A stretch of DNA of 63,422 nucleotides, the filler included, from Reticulomyxa filosa (lineage: Eukaryota > Protista > Foraminifera), in assembly GCA_000512085.1 (NCBI GenBank). It is 26 parts of 26 records of this genome, joined end to end, with 100 filler letters (N's around TTAATTAATTAA, not from the genome) between each part and the next. Parts side by side here need not be neighbours in the genome. Positions count along the whole stretch, not along the records: positions 8,233 to 12,931 come from ASPP01008791.1; positions 13,032 to 14,411 come from ASPP01010242.1; positions 14,512 to 21,648 come from ASPP01023600.1; positions 21,749 to 22,837 come from ASPP01006604.1; positions 22,938 to 24,052 come from ASPP01016289.1; 21 more parts are not named here. One strand, 5' to 3'. Both the position numbers and the translations under genes were made by a program. Positions within the stretch are counted from its first letter, which is position 1. The number at the start of each line of letters is the position of its first letter. Shown piece by piece: positions 11,091 through 24,015 of this stretch. Below the pieces are notes generated by a model that was not told where the DNA came from, made no database searches, and saw only the letters and a list, made by a program, of their open reading frames with translations.

Positions 11091-12463
11091 CTCATTGTTT
11101 TGCAAATCATTTTAATTATCAAATGCTCTAAATTGAGACAAGCAATTCATTTTATTTATGTTTCTTGTTGGTTTTGAAATGGATAATATTTAACCGCATT
11201 ATCGCCTCAGTACGGATTAACAGTGCAAAATGAAAACTCAAACTTTTTTTGTGTTTTAATATGGTTTCAAACTTTTTCATTTCTTTTTAACCTTACCTCA
11301 AATAGTTTAAAGTTAAAAGGCCAACAAACAGTCACCTTTCAAATGTGTTACGTTTTTTGTCCCACGACTAATTTACCAACTCTCACATAAAATTGTTACC
11401 TGAGCAATTCAAAAAGTATCAGTAAATCGACTATTGTCAACAGTGTGAGAAAAGTAACAATAAAATCTAAAAAGGCAGTAGATAAGTAAATGAAAGGCCA
11501 AATTCCAACAAAAAGGAGGTTATGTTTGCAAATTGTTTATCAATTATAAACCTTTTTATTGTTACTTTGTCAAACATTTAAAATTGATTGTTTTAATAAA
11601 TTAATTAAATCAAACGAAAGTAGTTTTGTTAGCTTACACTTTTTTTAGCAAATGATCAGAAACAAACAAAACTTAGCTTTTCTTTTTTGTTGGATTAACC
11701 CCCAAATTTGCTTGACGTACATATGGGTACAGTCTACTGTCTTTTTGCAGTTACTCTTAAAAATGTGATTTTAGGACAAGTTTAAATTAGAGGATTTTAG
11801 CGTTTGAAGAAATGTCTTAGTCAAAGACAAATGCTCTCAAACCGTGTTGAAGGTATTTTTAACTGTCAGTGATCGATGCTTGTCAGACAACATTTTTATG
11901 ACATGACAATTTCATTTTGAAAGGATTTGTACCACTTTTTTTTGCACAGGGTCACAACTTGTCTTTTTGGCTGTTCACAAATGCCTAAAATAGGTATTTT
12001 ATATAGTTTCGAGTTTGTTGACTGAGCAACGCAAAATCAAAATTCTGTAACAAAAAAGTATCCACGAAACACAACGAATTTCGAAATAGTTGTGTGATTT
12101 AAGAAAAAAAGAAAACAAAATAAAAAAAGCATATAATTGTATTTTGTAATTTGAAACAAACAAAGAACGCAAGTCCCAAGATTTGCAATTTTTGTTGTTT
12201 GGCTTTTTGACAACACTACAATGCACCGCAATCTCAATAACGTTGCTTTTTTTCTTTGCACTTGAAGAGCAAAAACACTCATTTACAAAAAGGGAAAAAA
12301 TCAAAAATGGGCGAGGCAAAATCGCAATGAGATTTCCCAACGGCTTGTGGTCGAGAGTTTGACCAACAAAAAAGAAAGGGTCCAAATATGAAAGAGAAAA
12401 GACAACAACGAACAATTAATAATTGCCACAAAAACAAAAAATAAAATCAACCAACTTGAATTT

Positions 12464-12861
<398 letters not shown>

Positions 12862-12889
12862 CTAATAACACATACAACACCTCGTTACC

Positions 12890-12931
<42 letters not shown>

Positions 12932-13031
12932 NNNNNNNNNNNNNNNNNNNNNNNNNNNNNNNNNNNNNNNNNNNNTTAATTAATTAANNNNNNNNNNNNN
13001 NNNNNNNNNNNNNNNNNNNNNNNNNNNNNNN

Positions 13032-13063
<32 letters not shown>

Positions 13064-13128
13064 GGGTTGCTAACATTCAACCCGATAACTGCAATACACA
13101 CATATGATGTGTAAAAAAAAAAAAAAAG

Positions 13129-14353
13129 GAATTGGAACGTCAAATCCGAGAAATTGTGAACAACATTTGGGATGAAATTGACAAACCAAATATGTATCGC
13201 CACGTGCAATTGACGGATATGTTTGACATAGACTTCTATTTCATTCCTCACATAATCTACGAACGCGAGTGCTTTGACGAGCGAATGGAAGACTTGTTTC
13301 GGCGTTTCACCGACCCGACCCACAAAAAGTACTATTTTCGCACGTCGTATCACTTGAAAAAGTCGGTCCCCGCGGAGGGGTTCTACACGTGGACCAAACA
13401 AATATGGGACGCAATTGTGGCCGACGAAGCTTTGAACATTCCGGATCAGCACAAACTGCTTTCCGTTTATCGCTGCGAGCATGCTTTGCAAGTTTGTCTT
13501 TGTAGTATACTGTGTTTGAAACATGTCCACACGTATACACATATACATATGCATATACACACATATATATGTATATACATATATATATATGTACATGTAT
13601 ATATGCATATGTATATATGCATATGTATATATGCATATGTATATGTGGTATGATTGTATCGATTGATATCAAGGAAAGTGTGGACAAGTTTCAATGCTTG
13701 TGCTATTCAATTGAAAGCGAGATAGGACAAGGGGAGGTGAAAGACTTTGGGAGGCGCCTAACGGAGATGATGTATGAGTGCATAACTCTGTATGACACGA
13801 CCGCGCGCAAGTACGACGCTGAGGTGAGCGACGACAAAAGATTCGGCTTGATGGAAAAGTTGGAATCCAAAATACAGCCCCTGTTCCTTGGCCAGCAAGA
13901 ACACATCAATCACAAAGTGCTGACGCGATTCAAAGAAGAGCTCCACTCGTGTCTGCCCAATCACGAATGCTCCATTCACTTTGATCAAATTGTTAAAAGT
14001 GTCATCGAAAACTGCCGGAAAATGTGGTCTTCCAAAATGAACGGTTAAGTCTGTGTTATTTGCATAGAAATGCATTTTTTATTTTTTTATTTTTTTTCTA
14101 TTTTATTTTATTATGTATTTATCTATTTATGTACACATACATTCTTTCATCCCTACATTTTTTTTTTGGTTTAAAGTTCAGTTAAATGTAATGTGAGTGC
14201 TCACTACCTAATGGGACAGATTCATTGATTGACACGTACAATAAGCAGTTTGTGGATAAGGATGCATTTTGGAAGGGTCCATTGGAACGCATTCGTGAAC
14301 TGACCAAAGGCGCTCAAATGGAACAATTTTCTCTTTTACAAAAAGAATTTGAA
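13129..14353 (+). CDS. SEY1: Sey1/RHD3 ER-fusion GTPase, internal fragment
   Basis: IVNNIWDEIDKP...DMFDIDFYFIPH...VPAEGFYTWTKQIWDAIVADEALNIPDQHKLLSVYRCE. Introns at 13492-13673 and from 14044; the last acceptor is unclear. Confidence 0.88.
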
Positions 14354-14368
14354 GTCAAGTAGAAAAGA

Positions 14369-14402
<34 letters not shown>

Positions 14403-14535
14403 GGAAAAAAANNNNNNNNNNNNNNNNNNNNNNNNNNNNNNNNNNNNNNNNNNNNTTAATTAATTAANNNNNNNNNNNNNNNNNNNNNNNNNNNNNNNNN
14501 NNNNNNNNNNNAATAATAATAATAATAATAATAAC

Positions 14536-15546
14536 CGGGTTCAATGAAATTGGAAAGTGCTTGCTCCAACGAGTTCATGCGCTGAATGACCAAGGACAAA
14601 TCTAGGAAAGAGTCTTCTCTGTATTTTTCAGAGTGACAGTCTTGGCAATCCAAATAATCCAATAATGTGCCACGACATAATTTGTTCAAAAAATTCACTT
14701 GCCCTACTCGTGCAAATGTCCGATCCACCGCGTCAAACAACACGCGCATCAATTCTTGAACGTCTTGTTGCTATTCAGCAAATGTACATTACACACGCAC
14801 AAATATGTTTGCGTATACGTAGGTATATGTATATGCATATACATATGTATACATATATGTATATTTGTACGTATTTTGTAATGGTATAAAATATCTTTTG
14901 CCTTGCTTGTACAAGGTGGAAAGGAAATCTTTATACAATATTAACTTGAAAGTGCTCATAACTGTCCCAATGAAACGAATTGGTCAGTGGTTTTGTGGAA
15001 GTCGCGCCTCGAGAAGATAATTTCAATCGACCAAACAGACATTGTAACTGATAGGGTATACAATACTCTGGTGGATCATCAAAACTGTTAAAATAATTCC
15101 CCACAGTGTTGTTTTCATTTTCATTCTTGTTCTTATTGCTTGTTGCTGTCTCCTCATTGTTCAACAAATGCATAAATTCTTCCATTTGCTGGTAGTCTGG
15201 AGGAGGTCGATAAGTCCAATGAAATATTGCATGGCGAAATTCCGGTGTCATATACAAACATTGCAATAAACTATTCAGATAGCATGTTGCTCCTATTCGC
15301 AACACACAAACATGCAAGAAATTAATCTCTGTTAAATATTTGATGTTTTATCTCATTCATTGGGATATTGATTTGCTTGACACACAACAGTAATGTCAAC
15401 GACTAGACTTCTTTTTTCTAGGTACCTTGATTGGCAAGTCCAACATATCCTGTCTTTGATCTTCCGCCTGAATTAATTTCTTCTTCGGTCATTGGGATGG
15501 ACTCCATTGATGTTGGTTCTAAATCAGATAATTTGGGTTGCGACAT
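14536..15546 (-). CDS. Ubiquitin-specific protease (C19, USP47/USP40-like), 5' part
   Basis: Cys box GYVGLANQG|ATCYLNSLLQCLYMTPEFR, IPYQLQCLFGRL, QQDVQELMRVLFDA, and CQDC..EDSFLDLSL. Confidence 0.92.
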
Positions 15547-15807
15547 ATTCACAACTCTAAGGGCACACACTTACCACACAATTTGCCAAGTCCATACGGT
15601 TGTATCTACGGTATTTGTGTTTTTTCCTTTTTGTTTGTATTGTTTTAACATATTAATAATAAAGGTAATTCAACTATTATTTTACATACCATAGTTCACT
15701 ACAAGCATTTGTTTTGTTCGTCTTAAAAAAAAAACTTGAAAAAGTTGTCCTTTGGAAGAAAAGGAAATTATAATAATTTTTGAACTTCAGAGTACATAAA
15801 AGCCACA

Positions 15808-17080
15808 ATGTTGTCGAATATACGTGTATTAGATTTGACTCGGCTTCTCCCAGGACCATTTACAACACAACTGCTGGCAGACTTGGGAGCAGAAGTGATA
15901 AAGATAGAAGAGCCAGGATTCGGAGATTATTGCCGATTGGCGCCAACTCAATGCATAGACGGCACAACGTCGTCGTTTCATTCTATCAATCGAGGAAAAA
16001 AGTCAGTAACATTAGATTTAAAAAACAAGAAAGACTGGACAACGTTCAAAAAATTGCTCAAAACTGCAGATGTATTAATTGAATCATTTCGGCCTGGGGT
16101 AATGGAAAATCTAAAGTTAAATCCTGAGCAATTATTGCAAGAGTTTCCATCTTTGATTATTTGTCGAATTAGTGGTTATGGTCAAACAGGTCACTATTGC
16201 ATACATACAAACATTGAGAAAGGAGGAAGAATGAAAAAAAAAATTTGTCAAAGTCAAAAGATGATTTTTATGTTATTCACAATTTTTCACTTTGCACAAG
16301 TATACAGGCCCAGATCGTTTACGTTCTGGACATGACATCAATTATTTAAGTCGCTCTGGCCTTCTAGGATTGATGGAAAAGCCAGACTTGCCACCACTGC
16401 CAGTGGCTGATTTATGCGGGGGTGCTTATCCGGCAGCCTTCCAAATTGTATCGTGTCTCTTTGGACGTGAAAAAGATCCTTTACGCAAAGGAAATATCAT
16501 TGATGTGTCAATGACTGATGGGTGCTATGCATTAATGCCTTTTCCACAATCCATTGTCAATAACACTCCAAAACACAATATTTCTTTTGGTAAATATATG
16601 TTAAATGGAAGTGTTCCCTGTTATCAAGTATATGAATGTAAAGATAAAAATGCATATATTTCTTTGGGATGTTTGGAACCAAAGTTTTGGTATCAAACAT
16701 GTGATGCTATCCAATGCCCACATTTAAAATCTAAAGGGCTACTCGCCATGGATAATGGAGGAGATAGTGTCAAAGCTGAACTTACCAAAATTTTTAAAAC
16801 AAAGACATCTCAAGAATGGCGAGAAATATTTTCAAAGTATGATGCCTGTGTGGAAATTGTTAATCTCAGCGAACAAGTCAGTGCTAACGATCCTCAGTTA
16901 AAAGCAAGAAATTTGGACGTTCCATTAACTCTTGTTGGAAAGTCCAAAGACGGGCAAACAGTACAAACACAATTGAAAGTACCTCGAACACCGCTAAACA
17001 TGAAACACGGGGTAGATATTCAAACAAAACCCGGTCCAAAACTTGGCGAACACAATCAAGAAATTTTATCTAAGTTGTAA
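15808..17080 (+). CDS. AMACR: Alpha-methylacyl-CoA racemase / CaiB-BaiF family III CoA-transferase, peroxisomal
   Basis: RVLDLTRLLPGPFTTQLLADLGAEVIKIE, NRGKKSVTLDLK, ADVLIESFRPGVME, SGYGQTG|P, GHDINYL, ADLCGG. Intron 16190-16307. C-terminal SKL. Confidence 0.9.
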
Positions 17081-17224
17081 TTTGTAGAATCGACAAGAGT
17101 GAATAAATGGACAAAAAAAATTCACTTGATTTAAATTCTAAAATCGTTTTTTCAAATAAAAAAATAATGTTTGGCTCACGAACTTCTTTACTTTTAGTAT
17201 GACACCAAAAAGTATAAAAACGTT

Positions 17225-19750
17225 TTATGACAATTGTGTTGACGATACTTCAACAATGTCTTCGAAACTCTGAAAAATGTCAGGCTCCAAACTTGCTATG
17301 TTTTGAACCAATGATAACAATTCTTTTCGGCGATTATCACGCTCTTGCACGGTAATTTTGTCCGACAGAGTGAAATCAGCAAAGATTCCCCGAAAAGTTT
17401 GAATATTCATTTGACATTCTTCACATTTGAGAATGAGCGTAGTCTGTTTATTCAAAATAAAAATGGCATTTTTCAAGGCAGCTGAAAATTTAGAATTTGA
17501 GTCAATAACCAAATCCGCCAAATATTTTTGCAAGCTACTACGGGCATCATAAAACATCATTAAACAATGCAAAGTGAGTGTATACGATTGGTTGGTCATT
17601 GGTTGTTTAGATAAATGTTCAATCCACATTTGAAAGCCGGGCTGTCCTTCTGCTTCAAGGTTAAATGCGGTATCAATATCTCTAGAGACTGATGCACTCT
17701 CTTCTATCTTGACTGTTTCATCGGTCTTGCTTTCGTTTATGCTGATAAGCAAATTTTTTGAAGTTTCATGTTTTGAGACCTAGTTTCAAAACATGAACTT
17801 TTTGTACGCATTGAGCAAAAAATTTTCTAATCTCTCTCCTGCACTTTTTTTTTGGGTTTAACTTTGGAGTTATTCGTGTTGTTAGTTTTCCATTCCTGTT
17901 TGTGATTGGAATTAGGATGAAAATTGGTAGGCGTTTTTTGTTGTCTTTTATTTTCTTTTCCACGATAGACTTGTATAGCAGCTTGCAAAGCATCTTTCAG
18001 CAGAAGGATTTTGTTTTTATTTGAAGCGGCAGAGTTTTGTTTGGTAGTCACAAATATGATATACTTTCGAGAGACAACAGTGACGTGACTCCAAGCCTGT
18101 TCAGGATATTGATTGGCAACATCTTCATTGCTAACAAAATTTCTCAACAAAAACACAAAATGAGCAGGTTTTTCCAGGAATTTCAAGTCATGTTTTAATT
18201 GTGTCAAGTCTTTGTATCCACACAGTATGCCAAAATGCCCATTTTCGTCATGTGTCAGAATCTTTTAAATTTCGTGAAATGGAGTGAAAGAAGGAAGAGC
18301 ACAATCAAGCATATTTAAAAAGGGGGAGAAAGAGAGGAGGAAAAAAATACCAGAGATTGATTATTTAATGAATCAACAATTCTTTTTTCCAATTTGTAGA
18401 TATGATCAGTTAGCAGATCGACATCTGTGGAATAAGATATCTTCCAATCGTCAATCCGCACTTGTTCAAATTGAAGTGAGGAATCTCTTTGAATCGATTG
18501 GATTTGTTGATTTACATCACGCATGTTGGAATAATCATCATTGGAAGCCTCTTTCCATCGAAAATAGACACCAGCCCCACTCATCAGTGTCAATTCCGGA
18601 TAAGTCATTGTGTTTTTCGTCAGCACATTTAAACAGCGCAAAAACGAGTTTTTGTAACAGCTCCAATTCAAGTCTAATGTCTTCAACAAATCTGAATCGT
18701 GTCCATCCCAATCAATTTCGATTAGTTTTTTTGGCACTGCAGGAGAAATGACCGACGATTTTGACTTTGTATCTTCTGGGCACATACACATATGCATATT
18801 ATCAATATGTACGAAATGTTTCCCACGAAATCGATTAAATGTGATCACACATTCTCGACAAATACACACATATTATTATTATTATGAAAAATAAATAAAA
18901 ACAATAGCGATAATATTCAAACCATTGTCGGGTCTAATATATCTATAAATAATTGGCCATGGCTGACAAGAGACATGAACAGTTTGATGCTCCGGTGTGA
19001 CCCTTTTGTCCGATAAAGCCATTTCAAAGGAAGAAGGACAGCCATGTTCGCCAGTGTCTTTTGAAAATTGAACGAAAGAATAATTCATAAACCAAACACA
19101 TTTCAATGGATGGTATACGCAGAGGACATCCCCCGCTTTCAATTCCTCCTGTGTCACAAGCACGGGTGGGTTTTCTTTGTCATATTCAAATGGCGGTGGT
19201 CGATTGTCCATGCCCAGATACTCGTTTTTGTTCATGTCTTTCTCTATGTCTTGTTCCAATTCCTCTTTTATTCATTTGTTCGATTGTTTATTTGTTTGTT
19301 GAGATCATTCCAATACATTTTTTGTCATTGTGAACAAATTTCAAACATTACAACAAAATAACATAAACACAACATTATTCAACTCAATTCCTCCATTGTA
19401 AATATCGACTGGTATGGTACATCATAGTCCATTTCTTCGTATTCTATGCTGTCTTCCTGCCATTCGTATTCCAATGCGTCGTCGTAACCCGACTCATATT
19501 CCGTCTCTTCGTGGGCACTCATGTCCTCATTTTTTTCTACTGCTGTCTGACCTTGGAGCTGTGCATTGGTGTTGCCATTGTAATCGTATTGATAGTATAT
19601 TGGGCTTGTACCTGCCATTGGATTCAATGGCCATGACTGCTGTTGGTAAGCGTTTAGTTGGGTCAAGTACTCCCACTCACATACATAACATGCACCAACT
19701 ACACCATGTTGACACGTTGCGACAGGGATTTGCCCATTTGAGAAAGACAT
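17225..19750 (-). CDS. Hypothetical multi-exon protein
   Basis: Co-oriented coding-like ORFs (19750-19379, 19259-18882, 18869-18315, 18207-17827, 17752-17225) can be linked by plausible GT-AG introns, e.g. 17844-17780. No family recognised. Confidence 0.6.
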
Positions 19751-20240
19751 GATTCAAAGCAATTACTAAGTCGATTGATGATAAATCGATTCCCTTTTTT
19801 TAAAACCAACTTGAGGCAAAATATATACAAATATCGTTATCAGCCAAAAGCTTGTATATGCGTAAGTATTGCTAATATGAGCAGAAAGAAATGTTTTTTG
19901 TAAACGTAAAAAACATCTCAAGCACAAAAACACAAGAACCAGAATCATACGAATAACCAAACAAAGAATAAATAAACAAACTAAACATAAACAGGCAAAT
20001 ATAACAAAACTGAGACAAACATACGACAGATGAGTAATGCAAAGTGATAAAAAAAATAAAAAATAAAAAGAATAAAAACAAAACAGGATTTGGACAGTTT
20101 TTCTGTTATTTCCATGAATATTTGAAAAATAAAGAATAAAAGAGGGAAAAAAAAGACCAAAAAAAAAAAAGTAATGCCAATGAAAAGCAAACAAAAACAC
20201 ACCTCGTTTGAAAATGTATATTTTCTTTTTTGATTAAATT

Positions 20241-21568
20241 TCACCATTGTCCAATTTGCATTAATTTTTTTGTTTTTGTTTTTTTTTCCGTTCCGCCTCT
20301 AAAGCTGTTTCTGTTGGCCCGATTCAAATAGTTGGAGACCTTGGCAATGTACCTGGGTTGGTTTTCTTGAGAGAAACAAAACAAATGATGCGCCAGGGTA
20401 TTGGTAGACAAAGATATTTTAAAAAAAAATGATTTTTTTTTTTTTTTTGTGATAAGGCAAACGCACAGCTTCCAAAGAAAAATCAACTTGTTGAACAATA
20501 TGAAGAGTTGGTTTAAAGCCAGTTTGATTTTGAGCATGTAAAATGCGTTGTCTGTGTGTCGTGAGAGACGAAGAGGTGAAAGAGAGATAAAGCTCTGTCG
20601 ATTCTGCAGGCTGTGCAGATGCTTTCATTTCATTGGAACCTTTGGCATTCGAAAAAGTTAGATCCTCCATTGATTTATGACGAAGTGGAACTGTTTGTTC
20701 TTTCGGTGGGCTGACAGGGATGTGATTTGATACCTTTCAATTTAGTTTAAAAGAACGAGTGTAAGGGGATATATATGTATATATATATTTATGTGTGTAC
20801 ATATTATATGTACACCTGCGATGATGGGTTAAATGACGACGAAGCAAGTGTTGAATTGGTAGTTAATATCGGCATATCAGTAGGATTCCTACAGCAAAGA
20901 TTGTGATTATTATTTAATGATAGTGGTGATTGACAAAAGAGAAATAAAAAAAAAAACGCAACCGTGGACGAAGATCACTGTTAGGTGCATCACGTTGGAA
21001 TGAATTCAATTGTTGTGAGTTTTTTGGTACATTGGGCAAAATCTCGTTTGTCTTGACCTCGCCGGGATCGGTCGACACTGAGATGTGATCGAAAAAGGAA
21101 GGGCCTCGTTGAAAGCTCGCTTCGATGGGAATGGAAATAAAATCAACTTCTTTGGTTTGAGCGTTTTCCAACATGAATTGGTCGATTTGGTCCAAACGCA
21201 GTGACGTCGTGGTGACATGACTGCTCTCCTCGTCATTCGCCGCTTCTCCATTGTCGAAACTCCACTTATTCGAAAACGAGTTTTGTCGTTCGTTGCGTCT
21301 GCTCTCAAGTTTGTGATTGGATTGGTCGTTTTCTTTTTCCCGACTTTTCTTTGTCCCTTCGCCATACGTTGTCTGTCTGTCCATCGTCATCGCCTCTGTC
21401 ATCGTCAATTGGATATCACTTGCACTTTTGCCTTTTCTGTGTTCTTCTTTTTTTTCGTCTTCCCGTCGTTGTTGTTGTTGTTGCTGATGTTGATGTTGAT
21501 ATTGATATTGATGTTGATATTGATACTGATATTGATATTGTTGTTGTTGTTGCTCTTGATGCTCTTGC

Positions 21569-21617
<49 letters not shown>

Positions 21618-21648
21618 CTTGTCGTTCTTGTTGTTGTCGTTGTTCTGA
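20241..21648 (-). CDS. Hypothetical low-complexity protein with polyQ and (QY/QH)n tract, 3' part
   Basis: Frame reads SEQRQQQERQEQQQ...QYQYQYQYQHQ... into ORF 21408-20914. Further exons near 20890-20815, 20735-20470 and 20370-20241. Confidence 0.55.
21466..21648. repeat. (TTG)n/(TTGATA)n microsatellite, coding polyQ/QY on the minus strand
   Basis: Direct reading; contig breaks inside it. Confidence 0.95.
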
Positions 21649-21748
21649 NNNNNNNNNNNNNNNNNNNNNNNNNNNNNNNNNNNNNNNNNNNNTTAATTAA
21701 TTAANNNNNNNNNNNNNNNNNNNNNNNNNNNNNNNNNNNNNNNNNNNN

Positions 21749-22790
21749 GGGGGGGGGGGAAACTTGAATTGTTCTGACCATTAGGATTGACAGCAGCGGC
21801 ATCCGCGAGGTTGGAATGTAATGAAGTGATGCCATTCATATTCACATTAGTTTGTGGCAACAATACTTTTTTGCCACCTTTCTTTATTTCGTCCTTTTGC
21901 TTCATTTGCCCAAGTGCAAATGCAATTTCGCCCAGGCTTTTTGGTCGGTCGATAGTGCCATTGGCTGATTTCAACGTCTTTGCGTTATTCGATGTTGACA
22001 TGGACAACGATCGAGCGTGTTCATCTAACTCGTTTCAATTATCCATATATATATACGTATATATATATATATATATATACATATATATAATATATTATTT
22101 ATAAGTACATATAAATATGTGTATGTAAAAGTAAAAACCTGATTCATCATCGCTTTCGTGCAGTTTCACATATGACTTTTCTTCATCATCAAAAGTGGTT
22201 GTGGCTCGCTCAGTGCTGGACATTGTTTGTCCGTGAGGAGATTCTTCCAATGGCTCGAATGTTTCGTGTCGTCCTCGTACGGACCCTGCTTCCCCTTCTT
22301 CCTCTTCCTCTTGCTCTTCTTCTTCTTCTTCTTCTTCTTCTTCTTCTTCTTTTCCTCTTTCTGCCTTCTTCGTGGCCTTGTGCTTGCGTGCATCTGCGTG
22401 CTCATGAACTGGAGTTGTACCAGACACCTTTTGATCTTCTTCAGTGGGATTGTGGCTGGTAGAACCCCCGGGCGTTTCTTCATTGGATAGTGGCTGTTGT
22501 TCCTGTTGCTGATGAGAATGCACAAAACTCGACTCTGCGTTTTCGTCAATATTTCCTAAGGATTCGCGAGGTGACTGCTCCACGGGGTTTTCTTTGAGCG
22601 AAGACCACTCACTGTCAGTGTCGCGCTTCAATGTTATGGTTTTCGACAACTCCGGAAATTCAAATCGCATCATTTCGTCATCGCTGTCCGTCGTGCTGTA
22701 CTCTTCTGCTCGTCTCTCATTGCTGTTCGGATTATCGTTGCTTGGTTTCCAGGAACTCTCTGATGACACTTCTATCTTTGGTACACTAAT
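21749..22790 (-). CDS. Hypothetical acidic low-complexity protein, internal fragment
   Basis: ORF 22793-22095 has a poly-Glu (GAA)n tract. ORF 22007-21749 follows a (TA)n-containing intron. Confidence 0.55.
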
Positions 22791-23056
22791 CATATATACA
22801 TATATTTATGTATATGTACATAAATATATATATATATNNNNNNNNNNNNNNNNNNNNNNNNNNNNNNNNNNNNNNNNNNNNTTAATTAATTAANNNNNNN
22901 NNNNNNNNNNNNNNNNNNNNNNNNNNNNNNNNNNNNNATATATACATATATATGTATATATATTTATATATGTATATATATTTATTTATTTTTGTAATTA
23001 TCTTTAAATTGACACAAATGGAATAACAATAATAATAATTTGCATTGATGCAACAG

Positions 23057-24015
23057 GTGACCTTTTGGGAAGAATTAATGCATGTAATGCACACCGACAT
23101 GATGAACGAGTTGACGCTCGAACAAAAAGAAAACTTGTATTACACGTGGGCCGTGATCATCCCCAAATCGCCGAAAAAACAAGACCCTTCGCGACTGGTT
23201 GCCATGCTGCTGAAAGGCGCCAACAGACAGTGTGGCAAGGGCATTATCGAAATGGCCAAAAAAGAGTCGGACCGCTTGGAAAAACCCACAGACAGTCACG
23301 CAATTGACTCACATACTACGCATCTTCAAACCCACTGCCAAAAGCGCCGGCTCCGCGTTCATTGCCCAATTGGCATCCATTTATCTCGACATGCTCCAGC
23401 TATACGATTTTTACGCGCGAAAAGTGAGTCAAGAGCTGGCCCAAACGACCAACCCATCTTCCTCGTCCGCCACTGGACAATCACCGAAAGTCAAAGCCAT
23501 GAGAACTGTTAAATCAGAGATTTTGCAAATCGTCGAAACCTTTGTCGCTGCATCCGCACTACAAGATGAAAAAGTTTCAAATGACAATATATATGTTTAT
23601 ATGTTTATTTATTTGTATTTGTTTTGTGCTGTCCAGCAAATCATTGAAAAGTTCGTACCCAAGTTTTTGGATGTCGTATTAACCGATTATTGAGAAATGC
23701 GTCCCTCAGGCTCGAGAAGCCTCGTGCCTCGCGGCATGCTGCGCGTTGATTGATCGATTTGGACCTGGCATGGTCCAATATGTCCAACGAATTTTCAAGG
23801 CAGTGTTCCAAATCACGCTGAATATGCTCCGCAACGACTTGCAGTCCTATCCGGATCACCGTCGCAACTTTTTCCGATTACTTCTGGCCGTTTCCAATCG
23901 TTGCTTTGAGGTGTTCAAACACATGAATCCCGACCAACTCCAAATCATTGTCAAATGTATTTTGTGGGGAATGGAGCATTACGAGGGCAACATCTCTGAA
24001 ACCAGTGCACGCACA
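23057..24015 (+). CDS. XPO1: Exportin-1 (CRM1) internal fragment with apparent frameshifts
   Basis: KNPQTVTQLTHILR, FIAQLASIYLDMLQLY, VKAMRTVKSEILQIVETF, VLTDY/EKCVPQAREA, IFKAVFQITLNML, YPDHRRNFFRLL. One-nt frame changes near 23272 and 23691. Confidence 0.92.

Noticed and set aside
12976-13694. ORFs rich in YIYIYM/HIHI (also near 14665, 22882, 37480)
   Set aside because: They are translations of intronic (TA/CA/TG)n tracts.
17780-17798. 19-nt micro-intron
   Set aside because: A normal ~65-nt intron from the donor at 17844 to the same AG restores the frame.
23057-24015. Exportin-1 frameshifts as RNA editing or programmed frameshifting
   Set aside because: They are single-base excesses at short homopolymers (e.g. 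tattgag for tatgag) in a short contig of an essential gene. Sequencing error is the simplest explanation, though reads are needed to be sure.
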